A DNA stretch of 25,810 nucleotides from Anaerolineae bacterium. GTDB taxonomy: Bacteria; Chloroflexota; Anaerolineae; S140-20. How positions within the stretch are numbered: position 1 is the first letter of the stretch; each line of letters begins with the position of its first letter. Location: assembly GCA_027021705.1 (NCBI GenBank), contig JALUTT010000024.1, forward strand, positions 1 through 25,810, read 5' to 3'. The notes beneath the pieces were generated by a model, which was not told the origin of the DNA, did no database searches, and was given only the letters and a program-made list of their open reading frames with translations. Shown in pieces: positions 8,101 through 17,033 of the stretch. Both the position numbers and the translations under genes were made by a program.

Positions 8101-10237
8101 AAGGATCTCGGACGACGAAGCTTCCCGGTGCGTAGGGCGCTCCTCCCCAGGCTGCCTGAAAGAGTTCGAAGACCTCGTTGTTGCCGACCTGGAAGTACCC
8201 CCGGCCGGGGTGATGGGGGAGGCCGGCCGCGTCGGGCCGTCGGAGCACATCCTGGCTGTCCTCGGGCCGCTCCACCCGCAGGCAGAAGCGGAAGCGGGTG
8301 TTGGTCCAGATCTGCTCGTTGACCACCCCGGCCGGCTTCTGAGTCGTCAGGAGGAGGTGCACCCCCAGGCTGCGCCCGATCCGGGTAGCGCTGATCAGCT
8401 CCTTCATAAAATCGGGTTGCTCCTGGACCAGCTCGGCGAACTCGTCGGCGATGAGGATCAGGTGGGGGAGGGGCTCCGGCGCTTCCCGTCGCCGGTAACG
8501 CTGTTGGTAAGCGTCAATGTTGGTCACCCCCGCTTGGTTGAAGAGCCGCTGACGTCGCTTGAGCTCCGCCTTGAGCGCCGAGAGGGCCCGGATGGCCAGC
8601 CCCCCCTGGAGGTTGGTGATGGTGCCCACCAGGTGGGGCAGCCCTTGGAAGGCGTTGGCCATTCCGCCCCCCTTGTAGTCAATGAGGACGAAGGCCACCT
8701 CGTGGGGGTGGAAGTGGACGGCCAGGGAGGCGACCAGCGCTTGGAGCAGTTCGCTCTTGCCCGACCCCGTTGTCCCGGCCCCCAGCCCGTGGGGACCGTG
8801 GCCTCGCTCGTGGAAGTCCAGGTAGAGGAGTTCGCCGCCCGCCTTCCGGCCGATGGGGACCGCCAGGGAGCGAAAGGGCTCGCTTTGCCGCCAGCGGGTG
8901 AGCAGGTCCAACTCCTCCACCCGTTCCACCCCCAGGAGGTCGAGCAAGGAGACGGTGCCGGGGACCTCGGCCGAGGCGGTGAGGTGTTGGAGGCGGATGG
9001 GGGCCATCGTGCGGGCGAAGCGGTCCGCTTCCTCCGGCGAGACCTGATCCGGCTCGTAAGGGTGAGGAGGGGCGGTCGGGGTCGCCTGCACCTGACCGTA
9101 TCCCCCGGCTCCAACTCGGACGATGGCCCGGCACCCCTTGGGCAACGCCTCCACCGCATCGGCCAGGAAGATGGGGAAGGCCCCCACCCGTGGTCCTTCC
9201 CGCAGGAGCAAGGGGAGGATGGGCTCCCCTTCCACGAGGCGGGGGTCTGTCAGGAAGAGGACGAAGCAGGGGAGCGGCGGGGCGTCGCGGTGCTCCGCAT
9301 CATCCTGGGGCCGGAGCAGGCGCCGATGGAGCTGGTCGTACAAGGTCATCAGCAGATCATGGGCCGTTCCCTTCTCCCGGGCCAGGAGGCGTCGCTCCCG
9401 CCCTTCCGTCCAAACGTGGGGGAGCCAGCGGATCCAGTCCCACTCCTCGGCCTCGGCTTCCGGGTAGATGGCGACGACCTTGACCTCGTTGGGGGCGTGG
9501 TGGGTGGCGACCTGGAGGGCCAACACGCGGGCCAGGTTCAGCACCGCCCCGCGAGGGCCGGCCAACCCGGCCACCCCGGCCTGGCGCAGGGGCAGGGTGA
9601 TGGGCACCGAGGGGACTTGGGCGAAGTCGGTTGCCAGGTCCCAGGCCGCATCGAAGAGGGGGTCCGGCTCCATCCCACCTTCGGTCGCCTCCTGTCGGGG
9701 AGGCTTGACCGCGACGGAGAAAGGCCGCTGGCCTATGCCCAAGCGCAGGGTGAGGAAGTCCTCGTCACGGGGCGCTCGGGCCCAGAGCCGGCGGGGGTCT
9801 CGCTGCTCCACCAGGGCCAGGCACCTTTGGAGGTCCGGGTCGTTCTCGCAGAGGGCGGCCCGCTGACGTTCTCGCGCCTCCTCCAGCCTCTGGCGGAGGT
9901 TTTGGAGCCGGGCCTGGTAACGCCGTTCCCGCTCCTGGAGCTTGTGGCGGTACTCGTTCCGCTGTGAGCGGTAGCTGAGGAAGGTCACCAGGTAGGAAGC
10001 GAGCATAACGGGCAGCGAGAAGCCCATCGAGAGGAGCAGGTTGCTGCTGCCCGAGGAGAGCCCAACGCCGACCATCACCGCCAGCCCCACCAAGGTCGCC
10101 CCGGCGGGCAGGAGCACCGAGGACAGGGAGGTGGACGGGGGAGTGGGGATCGTCGGCGGGGCCGGGACCTCCACCTCGCCGCCGGGGAGGTCGGGATAGA
10201 TGCGCGGACCGCGCTGGAACGTGGGTGGTGCGGGCAT
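5120..10237 (-). CDS. essC: Type VII secretion ATPase EssC/EccC-like (2 TM, 3 FtsK/SpoIIIE ATPase domains) fused to a C-terminal Ser/Thr kinase
   Basis: Two N-terminal TMs. Walker A motifs GTTGSGKS, GAPGTGKT, GPIQSGKT; HGPHG, IDYKGG, LILIADEFAEL, GRSLGVHL as in EssC D1. Last ~275 aa: IGRGGMAIV, AIKVL, HRDVKPSN, DFG, YASPEQ. Adjacent to a WXG100 gene. Confidence 0.95.
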   Translation of the reverse strand: MPAPPTFQRGPRIYPDLPGGEVEVPAPPTIPTPPSTSLSSVLLPAGATLVGLAVMVGVGLSSGSSNLLLSMGFSLPVMLASYLVTFLSYRSQRNEYRHKLQERERRYQARLQNLRQRLEEARERQRAALCENDPDLQRCLALVEQRDPRRLWARAPRDEDFLTLRLGIGQRPFSVAVKPPRQEATEGGMEPDPLFDAAWDLATDFAQVPSVPITLPLRQAGVAGLAGPRGAVLNLARVLALQVATHHAPNEVKVVAIYPEAEAEEWDWIRWLPHVWTEGRERRLLAREKGTAHDLLMTLYDQLHRRLLRPQDDAEHRDAPPLPCFVLFLTDPRLVEGEPILPLLLREGPRVGAFPIFLADAVEALPKGCRAIVRVGAGGYGQVQATPTAPPHPYEPDQVSPEEADRFARTMAPIRLQHLTASAEVPGTVSLLDLLGVERVEELDLLTRWRQSEPFRSLAVPIGRKAGGELLYLDFHERGHGPHGLGAGTTGSGKSELLQALVASLAVHFHPHEVAFVLIDYKGGGMANAFQGLPHLVGTITNLQGGLAIRALSALKAELKRRQRLFNQAGVTNIDAYQQRYRRREAPEPLPHLILIADEFAELVQEQPDFMKELISATRIGRSLGVHLLLTTQKPAGVVNEQIWTNTRFRFCLRVERPEDSQDVLRRPDAAGLPHHPGRGYFQVGNNEVFELFQAAWGGAPYAPGSFVVRDPYEIVEVTLEGERRPLGRSPRPRAFQERTTQLQALVAYIREVAKRAGITALPGPWLPPLPERITLEEVLAEVRPSEGWDGQTWQPATAWLEPVVGLVDDPANQQQRPLRLPLGEEGHLAVYGAPGTGKTTFLQTLITALARTHSPQEVHLYLLDFGGRLLTLFAPLPHVGGVVLMDEEEKLQRLFRFLLREMDRRKEQFARAGVGTLTAYRETTGDPMPALVVVLDNYTAFATPGAEEELEMLAQITREGGSLGVHLVLTANSPSLVKTKISNNITLAVALQLADPGDYGMAVGRTGGLVPAAVPGRGLVKGKPPLEFQTALPVAGDTEARRTEALKGLIERMAQAWKGPVATPIPVLPKEVALAELLPPGSGWLSPAEATALAVPVGLDVDDLEPIEVDLADGPHFLIAGPIQSGKTTFLQTWLLALAERFPPERLRLYLADFQGMDLLPLQGLPHVQAYITDDDRLGEALAEIERSLEERRQALEEARRRAGGLLSGEEKRGLLAGYPALVLAVSDFETFNADVQGGTKERLKKLIRQGRGLGFHLLLAGVASALSSSYEDWVKALKAMPTGFLLGSSEHNDLQLFNLRLPMGEAGQLLPPGQGYYAQRRRYRRIKAATGHVGDMTLKAWGDLIIRRGKGEVKTAARPDEEGRRQEVSPPGRETQERVTRPWERERTPPSPFPKTQVAPPKQELSGEKKRPFPTRHPPSSYRDLLRGLIGERLGRYRIDEEIGRGGMAIVFRAYDPVLDRDLAIKVLLPEYSLLPNFTKRFEREARAIARLSHPNILPIIDFGQERDLSYIVMKYVRGETLRERMGRPMDLAQAVRFVGQIAAALDHAHRRGVIHRDVKPSNVLLDEGDWVLLTDFGLAKLVIEADQEKLTRSDAFLGTLAYASPEQGLGKKPVDHRTDIYSLGVILYEMATGRLPYEADTPVGIAVKHIHEPPPRPRQINPAIPEEVEAVILKAMAKEPDERYDSAGAMARALRKAVGIVA

Positions 10238-10272
10238 AGGAAGCCCTCCCTGGTCATCTCCGCAAGGGGCGG

Positions 10273-10308
10273 GGCCGGAGGGGGCGGACGGGCGCCCACC
10301 CTCCGGCC
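10273..10308. other. GC-rich stem-loop between the WXG100 gene and essC (possible attenuator or mRNA 3' stabiliser)
   Basis: Perfect 10-bp inverted repeat ggccggaggg (10273-10282) / ccctccggcc (10299-10308); no U-tract. Confidence 0.5.
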
Positions 10309-10321
10309 TCCACCCACGGAC

Positions 10322-10591
10322 TTACCCCTGATCGGCAGCCTCGAAGCGGGCAGCGATGGCGTCCAGTTGCTGGGCAATGCCGTTGAGCAGCTCCACGAAC
10401 TGGTTCATCGTCGTCCGCCACTGCTGGAACTCCTGGTAGAAGCGCTGCTTGGTCAAGCCCTCCCACTCCGGCTCCAGGCTGCTGATGGTGCTCTGGAGTC
10501 GGCTGACCATCTCCTGGCTCTGACCACTGGCTTGCCGGAACTGTTGGCCTACCTGCCGTACCTGCTCGGGGGTAATCTTGATGCGTGTCAT
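10322..10591 (-). CDS. WXG100 family (EsxA/YukE-like) type VII secretion protein
   Basis: 89 aa from ATG at 10591 (AGGAGG upstream): MTRIKITPEQV...central EWEG...RFEAADQG. Helix-turn-helix hairpin pattern. Confidence 0.96.
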   Translation of the reverse strand: MTRIKITPEQVRQVGQQFRQASGQSQEMVSRLQSTISSLEPEWEGLTKQRFYQEFQQWRTTMNQFVELLNGIAQQLDAIAARFEAADQG

Positions 10592-10849
10592 AACCAAACC
10601 TCCTGTTCAGACTTCAGATTTTCAGCCGATGGGCGATCTCCTTCCGGCGGGCCTGGGCCCTGCCGAGCCGACCGGTGCCGGACCGGTCGGAAGTCAACCC
10701 ACAAACCCTTAATCCCGAACGATGACGATGATCCCTTTTGAGCGTCGCATCACCTCCTTCACTTGTCGGTTTTCACCCCTTTGCTTCCCCATCCTCCTGG
10801 TCCCACGCCCGACGGCCGCCGGGCCACCGGGACCTTTCAATCTGCTCTT

Positions 10850-11542
10850 CTAGTCTATCCGCTTCCAGATGTACCCTTCGTCTCCTGAGTCCGTGGGTTC
10901 CTCTTCCGCCTGGATCGGGCCTACGCCGGGGGAGCGCCAGGCCCCTTGGTCCCCATAGCTCCTCCTCTCGGATGGCGGAGGGAGGGGCTCCGTGGGGGAG
11001 TAGATCGAGGACCCGGCCGGGTGTCTATCCCCGTAAGCGATGTCCGGAGTTCGGCGGCTCAGCCCCTCTACTGCCTTGCTTAATTCCACGAGGTCCAGGA
11101 TGCCACCGACGATGACGACGAGGTAACCTCCCACAACCCCCCAGAAGCCCGGTTGATACTCAACCACGAAGCCGTAGGAAGCGGCTTGCTCTCGGAGGCC
11201 GGAGAATCGGTACAAAAGGATTGCCAGGGGCAGCGCCCCTAGGCCGATCAGGCCATACCCGTCTGCCTGGGTTGCCCTTCCCCGCTCGTAGGCCCGATAG
11301 GCCAGGGCAAGGACTCCGAGGCCGGCGGCGAGCACCAAGAAGAGGAGCGGATCGCCTGAGGCCTGAGCCCCGTATCCACCACCGGGGGTTGTGCCGGTGG
11401 CCAGCTCCCATCCGCTCACACGGACCGGTTCGCCACCGCAGGAGACCAGGACCCACGGCAGGAAGAAGCAAAGGATGGCCACGGCCGCCCCACCTGATCC
11501 CACTTTGTATCCCCTCGAAAGCTTGGTCAGGATTTCGTCCAT
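10850..11542 (-). CDS. Four-TM membrane protein with Pro/acidic C-terminal tail
   Basis: AAGGAGG RBS; four hydrophobic segments (LCFFLPW motif in the first); ends DEGYIWKRID. Confidence 0.85.
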   Translation of the reverse strand: MDEILTKLSRGYKVGSGGAAVAILCFFLPWVLVSCGGEPVRVSGWELATGTTPGGGYGAQASGDPLLFLVLAAGLGVLALAYRAYERGRATQADGYGLIGLGALPLAILLYRFSGLREQAASYGFVVEYQPGFWGVVGGYLVVIVGGILDLVELSKAVEGLSRRTPDIAYGDRHPAGSSIYSPTEPLPPPSERRSYGDQGAWRSPGVGPIQAEEEPTDSGDEGYIWKRID

Positions 11543-11616
11543 CAGAAGTCCTCCTTAACAGGTTTTGGGACTTGCTCCCCTCTTCTCTCCCGGCCGGGTA
11601 GCTATGGAGGGCTGCC

Positions 11617-12462
11617 TTACTCCTCAATTCTCCACAGCCGCACGGTGCCGTCGTCCGAGGCCGAGGCCAGCAGCGCCCCGTCGGGGGAGAAGGCGACGCT
11701 TCTCACCCAATCGGTGTGCCCCTCCAGCGTCCGCAGGGGCTCTCCGTCGGCCACCCGCCACAGCCGCACGGTGTCGTCGTCCGAGGCCGAGGCCAGCAGC
11801 CTCCCGCTGGGGGAGAAGGCGACGCCCCACACCGAACCGGTGTGCCCCTCCAGGGTCCGCAGGGGCTCTCCGTTGTCCACCCGCCACAGCCGCACGGTGC
11901 CGTCGGCCGAGGCCGAGGCCAGCAGCCTCCCGCCGGGGGAGAAGGCGACGCTCAACACCGGACCGGTGTGCCCTTCCAGGGTCCGCAGGGGCTCTCCGTC
12001 GTCCACCCGCCACAACCGCACGGTGCCATCGGCCGAGGCCGAGGCCAGCAGCCTCCCGCTGGGGGAGAAGGCGACGCTTCTCACCCAATCGGTGTGGCCC
12101 TCCAGGGTCCGCAGGGGCTCTCCGTCGGCCACCCGCCACAGCCGCACCGTTTTGTCATCGGAAGTCGAAGCCAACAGCGCCCCGTCGGGGGAGAAGGCGA
12201 CGCTTCTCACCCAATCGGTGTGGCCCTTCAGCGTCCGCAGGAGCGCCCCGTCGGCCACCCGCCACAGCCGCACGGTCCCGTCAGCCGAGGCCGAGGCCAG
12301 CAGCGCCCCGTCGGGGGAGAAGGCGACGCCCCGCATCCAGTCGGCGTGGCCCTTCAGGGTGCGCACCGGCTTGTAGTCGGTGGCCGATACCAGGCGTGTC
12401 GTGCCGTCCGAGAGCTTGATGGCCAGCAAGGTCCCGTCGGGGGAGAAGGCGACGCCGATGGC
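11617..12462 (-). repeat. Coding tandem array of ~126-bp WD40 units (7 copies)
   Basis: Recurring ggggagaaggcgacgc...cacagccgcacggtg blocks with 42-codon period. Confidence 0.9.
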
Positions 12463-12951
12463 GCCGGGAGCCTCCTCCTGCGACGCCAAGGCAGCCCCCA
12501 CGCCGATGGCCGCGAGGAAGGCCGCGAGGCTCAGCAGCCCCCAGGCCCACCAAGGGGTGCCGGAGGCCCGCTGTGCCTTCACCCTTGCCCTGGGCGCCGG
12601 TTTTATTTGCACAGATGCCGAGTCCGCCCGGTCGGAGGGCGGGTGGCCGGGACCGGTCTGCCGGCTCTTTCGCTTGCGCTGCGGCTCAATCTTCTCCGAA
12701 GCCGCGAAGATGATGACGAGAATTAGGAGGACCTGGACTATCCGCACGGGAATCGCCGCTTCTTCAGGGATGGGGATGAGGAAGGCGAGCAGCAGAATCC
12801 CCAACAAGCGGGCTGCCTGTCCCCGCACCCGACGCCGCCGGGTGACCTTGATCTCCCCTCGGATCAGGGCGATGAGCCCGAAGATCACGAGGAGGAGAAG
12901 GCACATCATCGCCACGATGAGTTGGCCTGCCAGCACCGAGGGATCTACCAT
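11617..12951 (-). CDS. Membrane-anchored WD40 beta-propeller protein (7 repeats)
   Basis: Start reassigned to MVDPSVLAG (GAAGGAG upstream). Three to four N-terminal hydrophobic segments, then 7 repeats of the type GHTDWVRSVAFSPDGxLLASASxDGTVRLW. Confidence 0.92.
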   Translation of the reverse strand: MVDPSVLAGQLIVAMMCLLLLVIFGLIALIRGEIKVTRRRRVRGQAARLLGILLLAFLIPIPEEAAIPVRIVQVLLILVIIFAASEKIEPQRKRKSRQTGPGHPPSDRADSASVQIKPAPRARVKAQRASGTPWWAWGLLSLAAFLAAIGVGAALASQEEAPGAIGVAFSPDGTLLAIKLSDGTTRLVSATDYKPVRTLKGHADWMRGVAFSPDGALLASASADGTVRLWRVADGALLRTLKGHTDWVRSVAFSPDGALLASTSDDKTVRLWRVADGEPLRTLEGHTDWVRSVAFSPSGRLLASASADGTVRLWRVDDGEPLRTLEGHTGPVLSVAFSPGGRLLASASADGTVRLWRVDNGEPLRTLEGHTGSVWGVAFSPSGRLLASASDDDTVRLWRVADGEPLRTLEGHTDWVRSVAFSPDGALLASASDDGTVRLWRIEE

Positions 12952-13075
12952 ATTCCCTTCTCCTTCAAGCGCCGGGGCCGACCTTCTCTCGGCGGCCGCC
13001 GCTTGGCCATCAATCGCCCACCAACCCGTTCGGTCCGAGCCGTCCCAGGGTGGTTTACCGTCCTTGGCCCTCTCA

Positions 13076-13097
13076 GCCCGACGATGGATCGTCGGGC
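13076..13097. other. Perfect intergenic inverted repeat
   Basis: gcccgacgat-gg-atcgtcgggc, just downstream of the kinase-WD40 stop codon; no U-tract. Confidence 0.4.
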
Positions 13098-13124
13098 GAC
13101 TCTCCCTACTCAACGTCCCGATGA

Positions 13125-14845
13125 CTACTCCCCAACTCCCCACAGCTGCACGGTCCCGTCGGTCGAGGCCGAGGCCAGCAGCGCCCCGTCGGGGGAGAAG
13201 GCGACACTCCATACCACATCGGTCTGCCCCTCCAGGGTCCGCAGGGGCTCCCCGTCGGCCACCCGCCACAGCCGCACCGTGGTGTCGGTCGAGGCCGAGG
13301 CCAGCAGCGCCCCGTCGGGGGAGAAGGCGACGCCCCACACCTTGTCGGTGTGTCCTTCCAACGTGCGCAGGAGCTCCCCGTCGGCCACCCGCCACAGCCG
13401 CACGGTGCCGTCGTCCGAGGCCGAGGCCAGCAGCGCCCCGTCGGGGGAGAAGGTGACATCCCACACCCCGTCGGTGTGGCCCTCCAGCGTCCGCAGGGGC
13501 GCTCCGTCAGCCACCCGCCACAGCCGCACGGTGCCGTCGTCCGAGGCCGAGGCCAGCAGCGCCCCGTTGGGGGAGAAGGCGACGCTTCTCACCCAATCGG
13601 TGTGCCCCTCCAACGTCCGCAGGGGCTCGCCATCGGCCACCCGCCACAGCCGCACGGTGCCATCCCAGGAGGCCGAGGCCAGCAACTCCCCGTCGGGGGA
13701 GAAGGCGACGCTCAACACCGGACCGGTGTGCCCCTCCAGCGCCCGCAGGGGCTCCCCGTCGGCCACCCGCCACAGCCGCACGGTGCTGTCGCCTGAGGCC
13801 GAGGCCAGCAGCGCCCCGTCGGGGGAGAAGGCGACGCTTCTCACCGAACCGGTGTGCCCCTCCAGCGTCCGCAGGGGCTCGCCATCGGCCACCCGCCACA
13901 GCCCCACGGTGCCGTCCAAAGAGGCCGAGGCCAGCAGCGCCCCGTCGGGGGAGAAGGCCACCCCCACTAGGGCTCCGTGCCTTCGCAGAGTGCGCCGAAG
14001 GGAGCCATCGGACACCCGCCACAGCCGTATCCCGTCAAGGCCGCTTGAGGCCAGGGTGGCCCCGCCAGGGGAGAAGGCGACGCTCCAGACCAGACCGAGG
14101 TGCCCTTCCAGGGTCCGCAGGGGCGCCCCGTCGTCCACCCGCCACAGCCGCACGGTGCCGTCGACCGAGGCCGAGGCCAGCAGGTCTCCGTCGGGGGAGA
14201 AGGCGACGCCCCACACCTTGTCGGTGTGTCCTTCCAACGTGCGCAGGGGCTTCCCGTCGTCCATCCGCCACAGCCGCACGGTGCCGTCGTCCGAGGCCGA
14301 GGCCAGCAGCGCCCCGTCGGGGGAGAAGGCGACGCTCCATACCACATCGGTCTGCCCCTCCAGGGTCCGCAGGGGCTCCCCGTCGGCCACCCGCCACAGC
14401 CGCACGGTGCCGTCGGCCGAGGCCGAGGCCAGCAGGTCCCCGTCGGGGGAGAAGGCGACGCTCCATACCACATCGGTGTGCCCGTCCAGGGTCCGCAGGA
14501 GCTTCCCGTCGGCCACCCGCCACAGCCGCACGGTGCCGTCATCCGAGGCCGAGGCCAGCAGGTCCCCGTCGGGGGAGAAGGCGACGCTCCATACCACACC
14601 GGTGTGCCCTTCCAACGTGCGCAGGGGCTCCCCGTCGGCCACCCGCCACAGCCGCACGGTGCCGTCGGCCGAGGCTAAGGCCAGCAGGTCCCCGTCGGGG
14701 GAGAAGGCGATCCCCCACGTCCCGACCTCCATCTTGGCCGACCAGATGGGGGTCAAGGTCTCCCCGTCGTACAGGGAGAACCCCATACCGGTTGCAACGG
14801 CCACCAGCCTCCCGTCGGGGGAGTAGGCGATCCAGTAAGCCATCC
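13125..14845 (-). repeat. Coding tandem array of ~126-bp WD40 units (14 copies, probably two 7-bladed propellers)
   Basis: 14 VAFSPxG-type units counted. The first unit and the unit 7/8 junction are the most divergent. Confidence 0.9.
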
Positions 14846-17009
14846 CGTAGCCCAACCGGCCCACCGGCCCCACCCCTCCGGCGTTGTCCGCCGAGATGGG
14901 GACGGTCGGCAGTGTGGGGGTCGTCTGCCCTCCCCGGCCGCCTTCAGGACGGGAGGGCGGGGTGGGCGTCGGCGTCGGTGCCTCCGTGGCCGTTGGGGCA
15001 ACGGCCACTGCCGACATCGGCGTCGGCGCCTCCTCGGCCGTTGGGGCAGGGACCGGCGTGTCCTTAACCGTTCCGACTTGAACGACCACCGGCGGCTCGA
15101 CGATCACCTGGGGGACGGGGTGGGCGAGCAACCGCCGCGTGGCGACGCCTATCCCGATGCTCATCACCAGGGTCAGCAGCCCCCAGATCCACCGCCACCT
15201 CTTTGGCCTCCCTTTGGCCGCTTCCTGCCGGCTCGGGACGGAGGCCGGTGTCCGAGGTACCTTCTCCCTGACCTCCGCCAGGAGTTCGGCGGCCCATCGC
15301 CCCTGCCGGACGTAGCCGGGCCGAGCCCGGACCACCTCCTGCAGCGCCCGTTCCGCTTCCTGCCACTTCCCCGCGCGGTAGGCGGCCACCCCTTCGTCGA
15401 ACCGTGCTGCCAGCGCCGCCTCCTCTTCACACCGTCGCCGGGCGTTCTCCCAGTGAGTTCGTCGGACCAGGTCCTCGGCCTCTTCGACCAACTGCCGGTA
15501 GAGGGCTGCCGCCTCCTCCCATTGCCCTGCCTGCTCCAGCGCTTCGGCCTCTTCCGCCCTCTCCTCCAAGCGCCGCTCGTCGAAAAGGCCTGCCGGCTCC
15601 GCCTCCTCCAAGGCCGCCTCGGGTACCTGCCACAGCCGGATTGTCCCGTCGGACGAGGCCGAGGCCGGCGGTTCCCCCTCGGGGGAGAAGGCAACATCGC
15701 CCTCCATCGTGGTCTCCAAGGAGGCCGGAGCCTGTAACGCTTCACCGGGGGAGGGGGCAGCGCTTCTCACCCCCTCGGTCTCCTCCCACACCACCGTTTC
15801 GTCCCGCTCCCTCTGGCCGACGTCCGCCGGGGGTTTCGGCTCCTCAATCCTCCCCTCCAGATCCTGCACCGTGGCGGCCAACTCTTCCGCCAGCCCACTC
15901 CCGGCCGGGACCATCGTCTGGGCCTGCCGGTACGCCTCCAACGCGCTCTTCCACGCCTCCTGGGCCTCGAAGCGTCGTGCCAGGGCCATCAGCGCCCGTA
16001 CCGCCTCCAGCCCCCCGGCCTCCACCTCCTCTTCCTCTCGGCCCTCCACCGCTGCCGGTCTCTCCTCCGCCTCGACCTCCCCGACCGGTCGGGGGACCTC
16101 CTCCGGCAGGACCACCAGCCACTCCCCGAAGGTGGGGCACTCGGCCAGCCCTTCGCTCTGCCAGGCCCGCTCGAAGAGCTGCCGGACCCCTCCTCCCCAT
16201 CGTTCCTCCAACACCTCCACCAGCAGTTGATACCGCCTCGTCTCCCGTTGCATCTCCTCCGGCGCAAAGAAGGTCTCTTCCCACCCGGCCTTCCGGACCC
16301 GCTCGTCGCACCACCCCAGCATCTCCCCCAGCAACACGGCACCGGCGAACCGATCCGCCTGGGCCCCCCACACTCCCTCCGGCGCTCTCCGGTGGACGTA
16401 GCCGGACGATCCCCCGGGCAGCAGTTCCGGCCGCTCCACGTTCGGCCCGTACATCTGCTCCACATCCACCAGAACGACTGCCTCCCGGTCCCCGCCACCA
16501 TCGGCGACCAGGCCGGGCAGCATCACGTTAGAGCCGGACAGGTCGCAGTGGGCCAGCCTCCGCTGCTCCAGCGTTGCCAGCACCTCCGCCAGCCCTCGCG
16601 CCAGCGTCAGGCTCTCCCCCGGCTCCAGGGCCCGTTTCGTCACCATCACCTCCAACCAGGTAGGCCCTTCCACCCACGGCATCAGCACCGCGTAGGTCAG
16701 GTCGGGATACGCCCGCAACAGGGCCTGATGCTCCTGGGGCGTCAGCACCGTGCGCCGGCAGACCTGCAGGCCGGGCAGCGCCGCGTAGGGCGCGATGCGC
16801 TCTGCCTGGATGACCAGGGCCGGCGAGCGGTAGCGGGGTTTGAAAACCTTGAGGGCCTGCGCCTCGCCCCTCTCGGGGACCACTTGATAGACGATGGCCT
16901 GGCGGCCTTCTTGACCGTAGGGTATCCCCGGCGCGGCCGGGTGCTCAGCAACCCGGTAGGTCGTCTCACCGATCACCAACGCTTCCCCGACTTCAGGTTG
17001 GAAGGCCAT
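13125..17009 (-). CDS. Atypical Ser/Thr kinase (TerY-P-triad type) + TPR-like helices + TM + 14 WD40 repeats
   Basis: N-terminal GQEGRQAIVY, ALKVFK, LMPWVEG, HCDLSGSN, LVDVEQ. TPR-like segments (WKSALEAYRQA, QWEEAAALY, KWQEAERAL). TM WIWGLLTLVMSIGIGVA, Pro/Thr linker, then 14 counted WD40 repeats. GGAGG RBS. Confidence 0.92.
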   Translation of the reverse strand: MAFQPEVGEALVIGETTYRVAEHPAAPGIPYGQEGRQAIVYQVVPERGEAQALKVFKPRYRSPALVIQAERIAPYAALPGLQVCRRTVLTPQEHQALLRAYPDLTYAVLMPWVEGPTWLEVMVTKRALEPGESLTLARGLAEVLATLEQRRLAHCDLSGSNVMLPGLVADGGGDREAVVLVDVEQMYGPNVERPELLPGGSSGYVHRRAPEGVWGAQADRFAGAVLLGEMLGWCDERVRKAGWEETFFAPEEMQRETRRYQLLVEVLEERWGGGVRQLFERAWQSEGLAECPTFGEWLVVLPEEVPRPVGEVEAEERPAAVEGREEEEVEAGGLEAVRALMALARRFEAQEAWKSALEAYRQAQTMVPAGSGLAEELAATVQDLEGRIEEPKPPADVGQRERDETVVWEETEGVRSAAPSPGEALQAPASLETTMEGDVAFSPEGEPPASASSDGTIRLWQVPEAALEEAEPAGLFDERRLEERAEEAEALEQAGQWEEAAALYRQLVEEAEDLVRRTHWENARRRCEEEAALAARFDEGVAAYRAGKWQEAERALQEVVRARPGYVRQGRWAAELLAEVREKVPRTPASVPSRQEAAKGRPKRWRWIWGLLTLVMSIGIGVATRRLLAHPVPQVIVEPPVVVQVGTVKDTPVPAPTAEEAPTPMSAVAVAPTATEAPTPTPTPPSRPEGGRGGQTTPTLPTVPISADNAGGVGPVGRLGYGMAYWIAYSPDGRLVAVATGMGFSLYDGETLTPIWSAKMEVGTWGIAFSPDGDLLALASADGTVRLWRVADGEPLRTLEGHTGVVWSVAFSPDGDLLASASDDGTVRLWRVADGKLLRTLDGHTDVVWSVAFSPDGDLLASASADGTVRLWRVADGEPLRTLEGQTDVVWSVAFSPDGALLASASDDGTVRLWRMDDGKPLRTLEGHTDKVWGVAFSPDGDLLASASVDGTVRLWRVDDGAPLRTLEGHLGLVWSVAFSPGGATLASSGLDGIRLWRVSDGSLRRTLRRHGALVGVAFSPDGALLASASLDGTVGLWRVADGEPLRTLEGHTGSVRSVAFSPDGALLASASGDSTVRLWRVADGEPLRALEGHTGPVLSVAFSPDGELLASASWDGTVRLWRVADGEPLRTLEGHTDWVRSVAFSPNGALLASASDDGTVRLWRVADGAPLRTLEGHTDGVWDVTFSPDGALLASASDDGTVRLWRVADGELLRTLEGHTDKVWGVAFSPDGALLASASTDTTVRLWRVADGEPLRTLEGQTDVVWSVAFSPDGALLASASTDGTVQLWGVGE

Positions 17010-17033
17010 AGCCTCTTCCTCCTAGTCCCCTTG

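Noticed and set aside
7601..9967. Long plus-strand ORFs (788 aa here; also 4904..6463, 12922..14826, 16227..17840)
   Set aside because: Antisense shadows of GC-rich genes with clear domain motifs; they have no recognisable motifs of their own.
10606..10625. Three TTCAG copies upstream of the esxA-like RBS resembling the operator-array core
   Set aside because: Spacing is 7-8 nt rather than 10, there are no CTGCG partners, and the match is too short to support.
11617..14845. Diversity-generating retroelement acting on the WD40 repeats
   Set aside because: No reverse transcriptase or non-coding template repeat is visible. Variation appears as whole-codon blocks shared among repeats, better explained by recombination.
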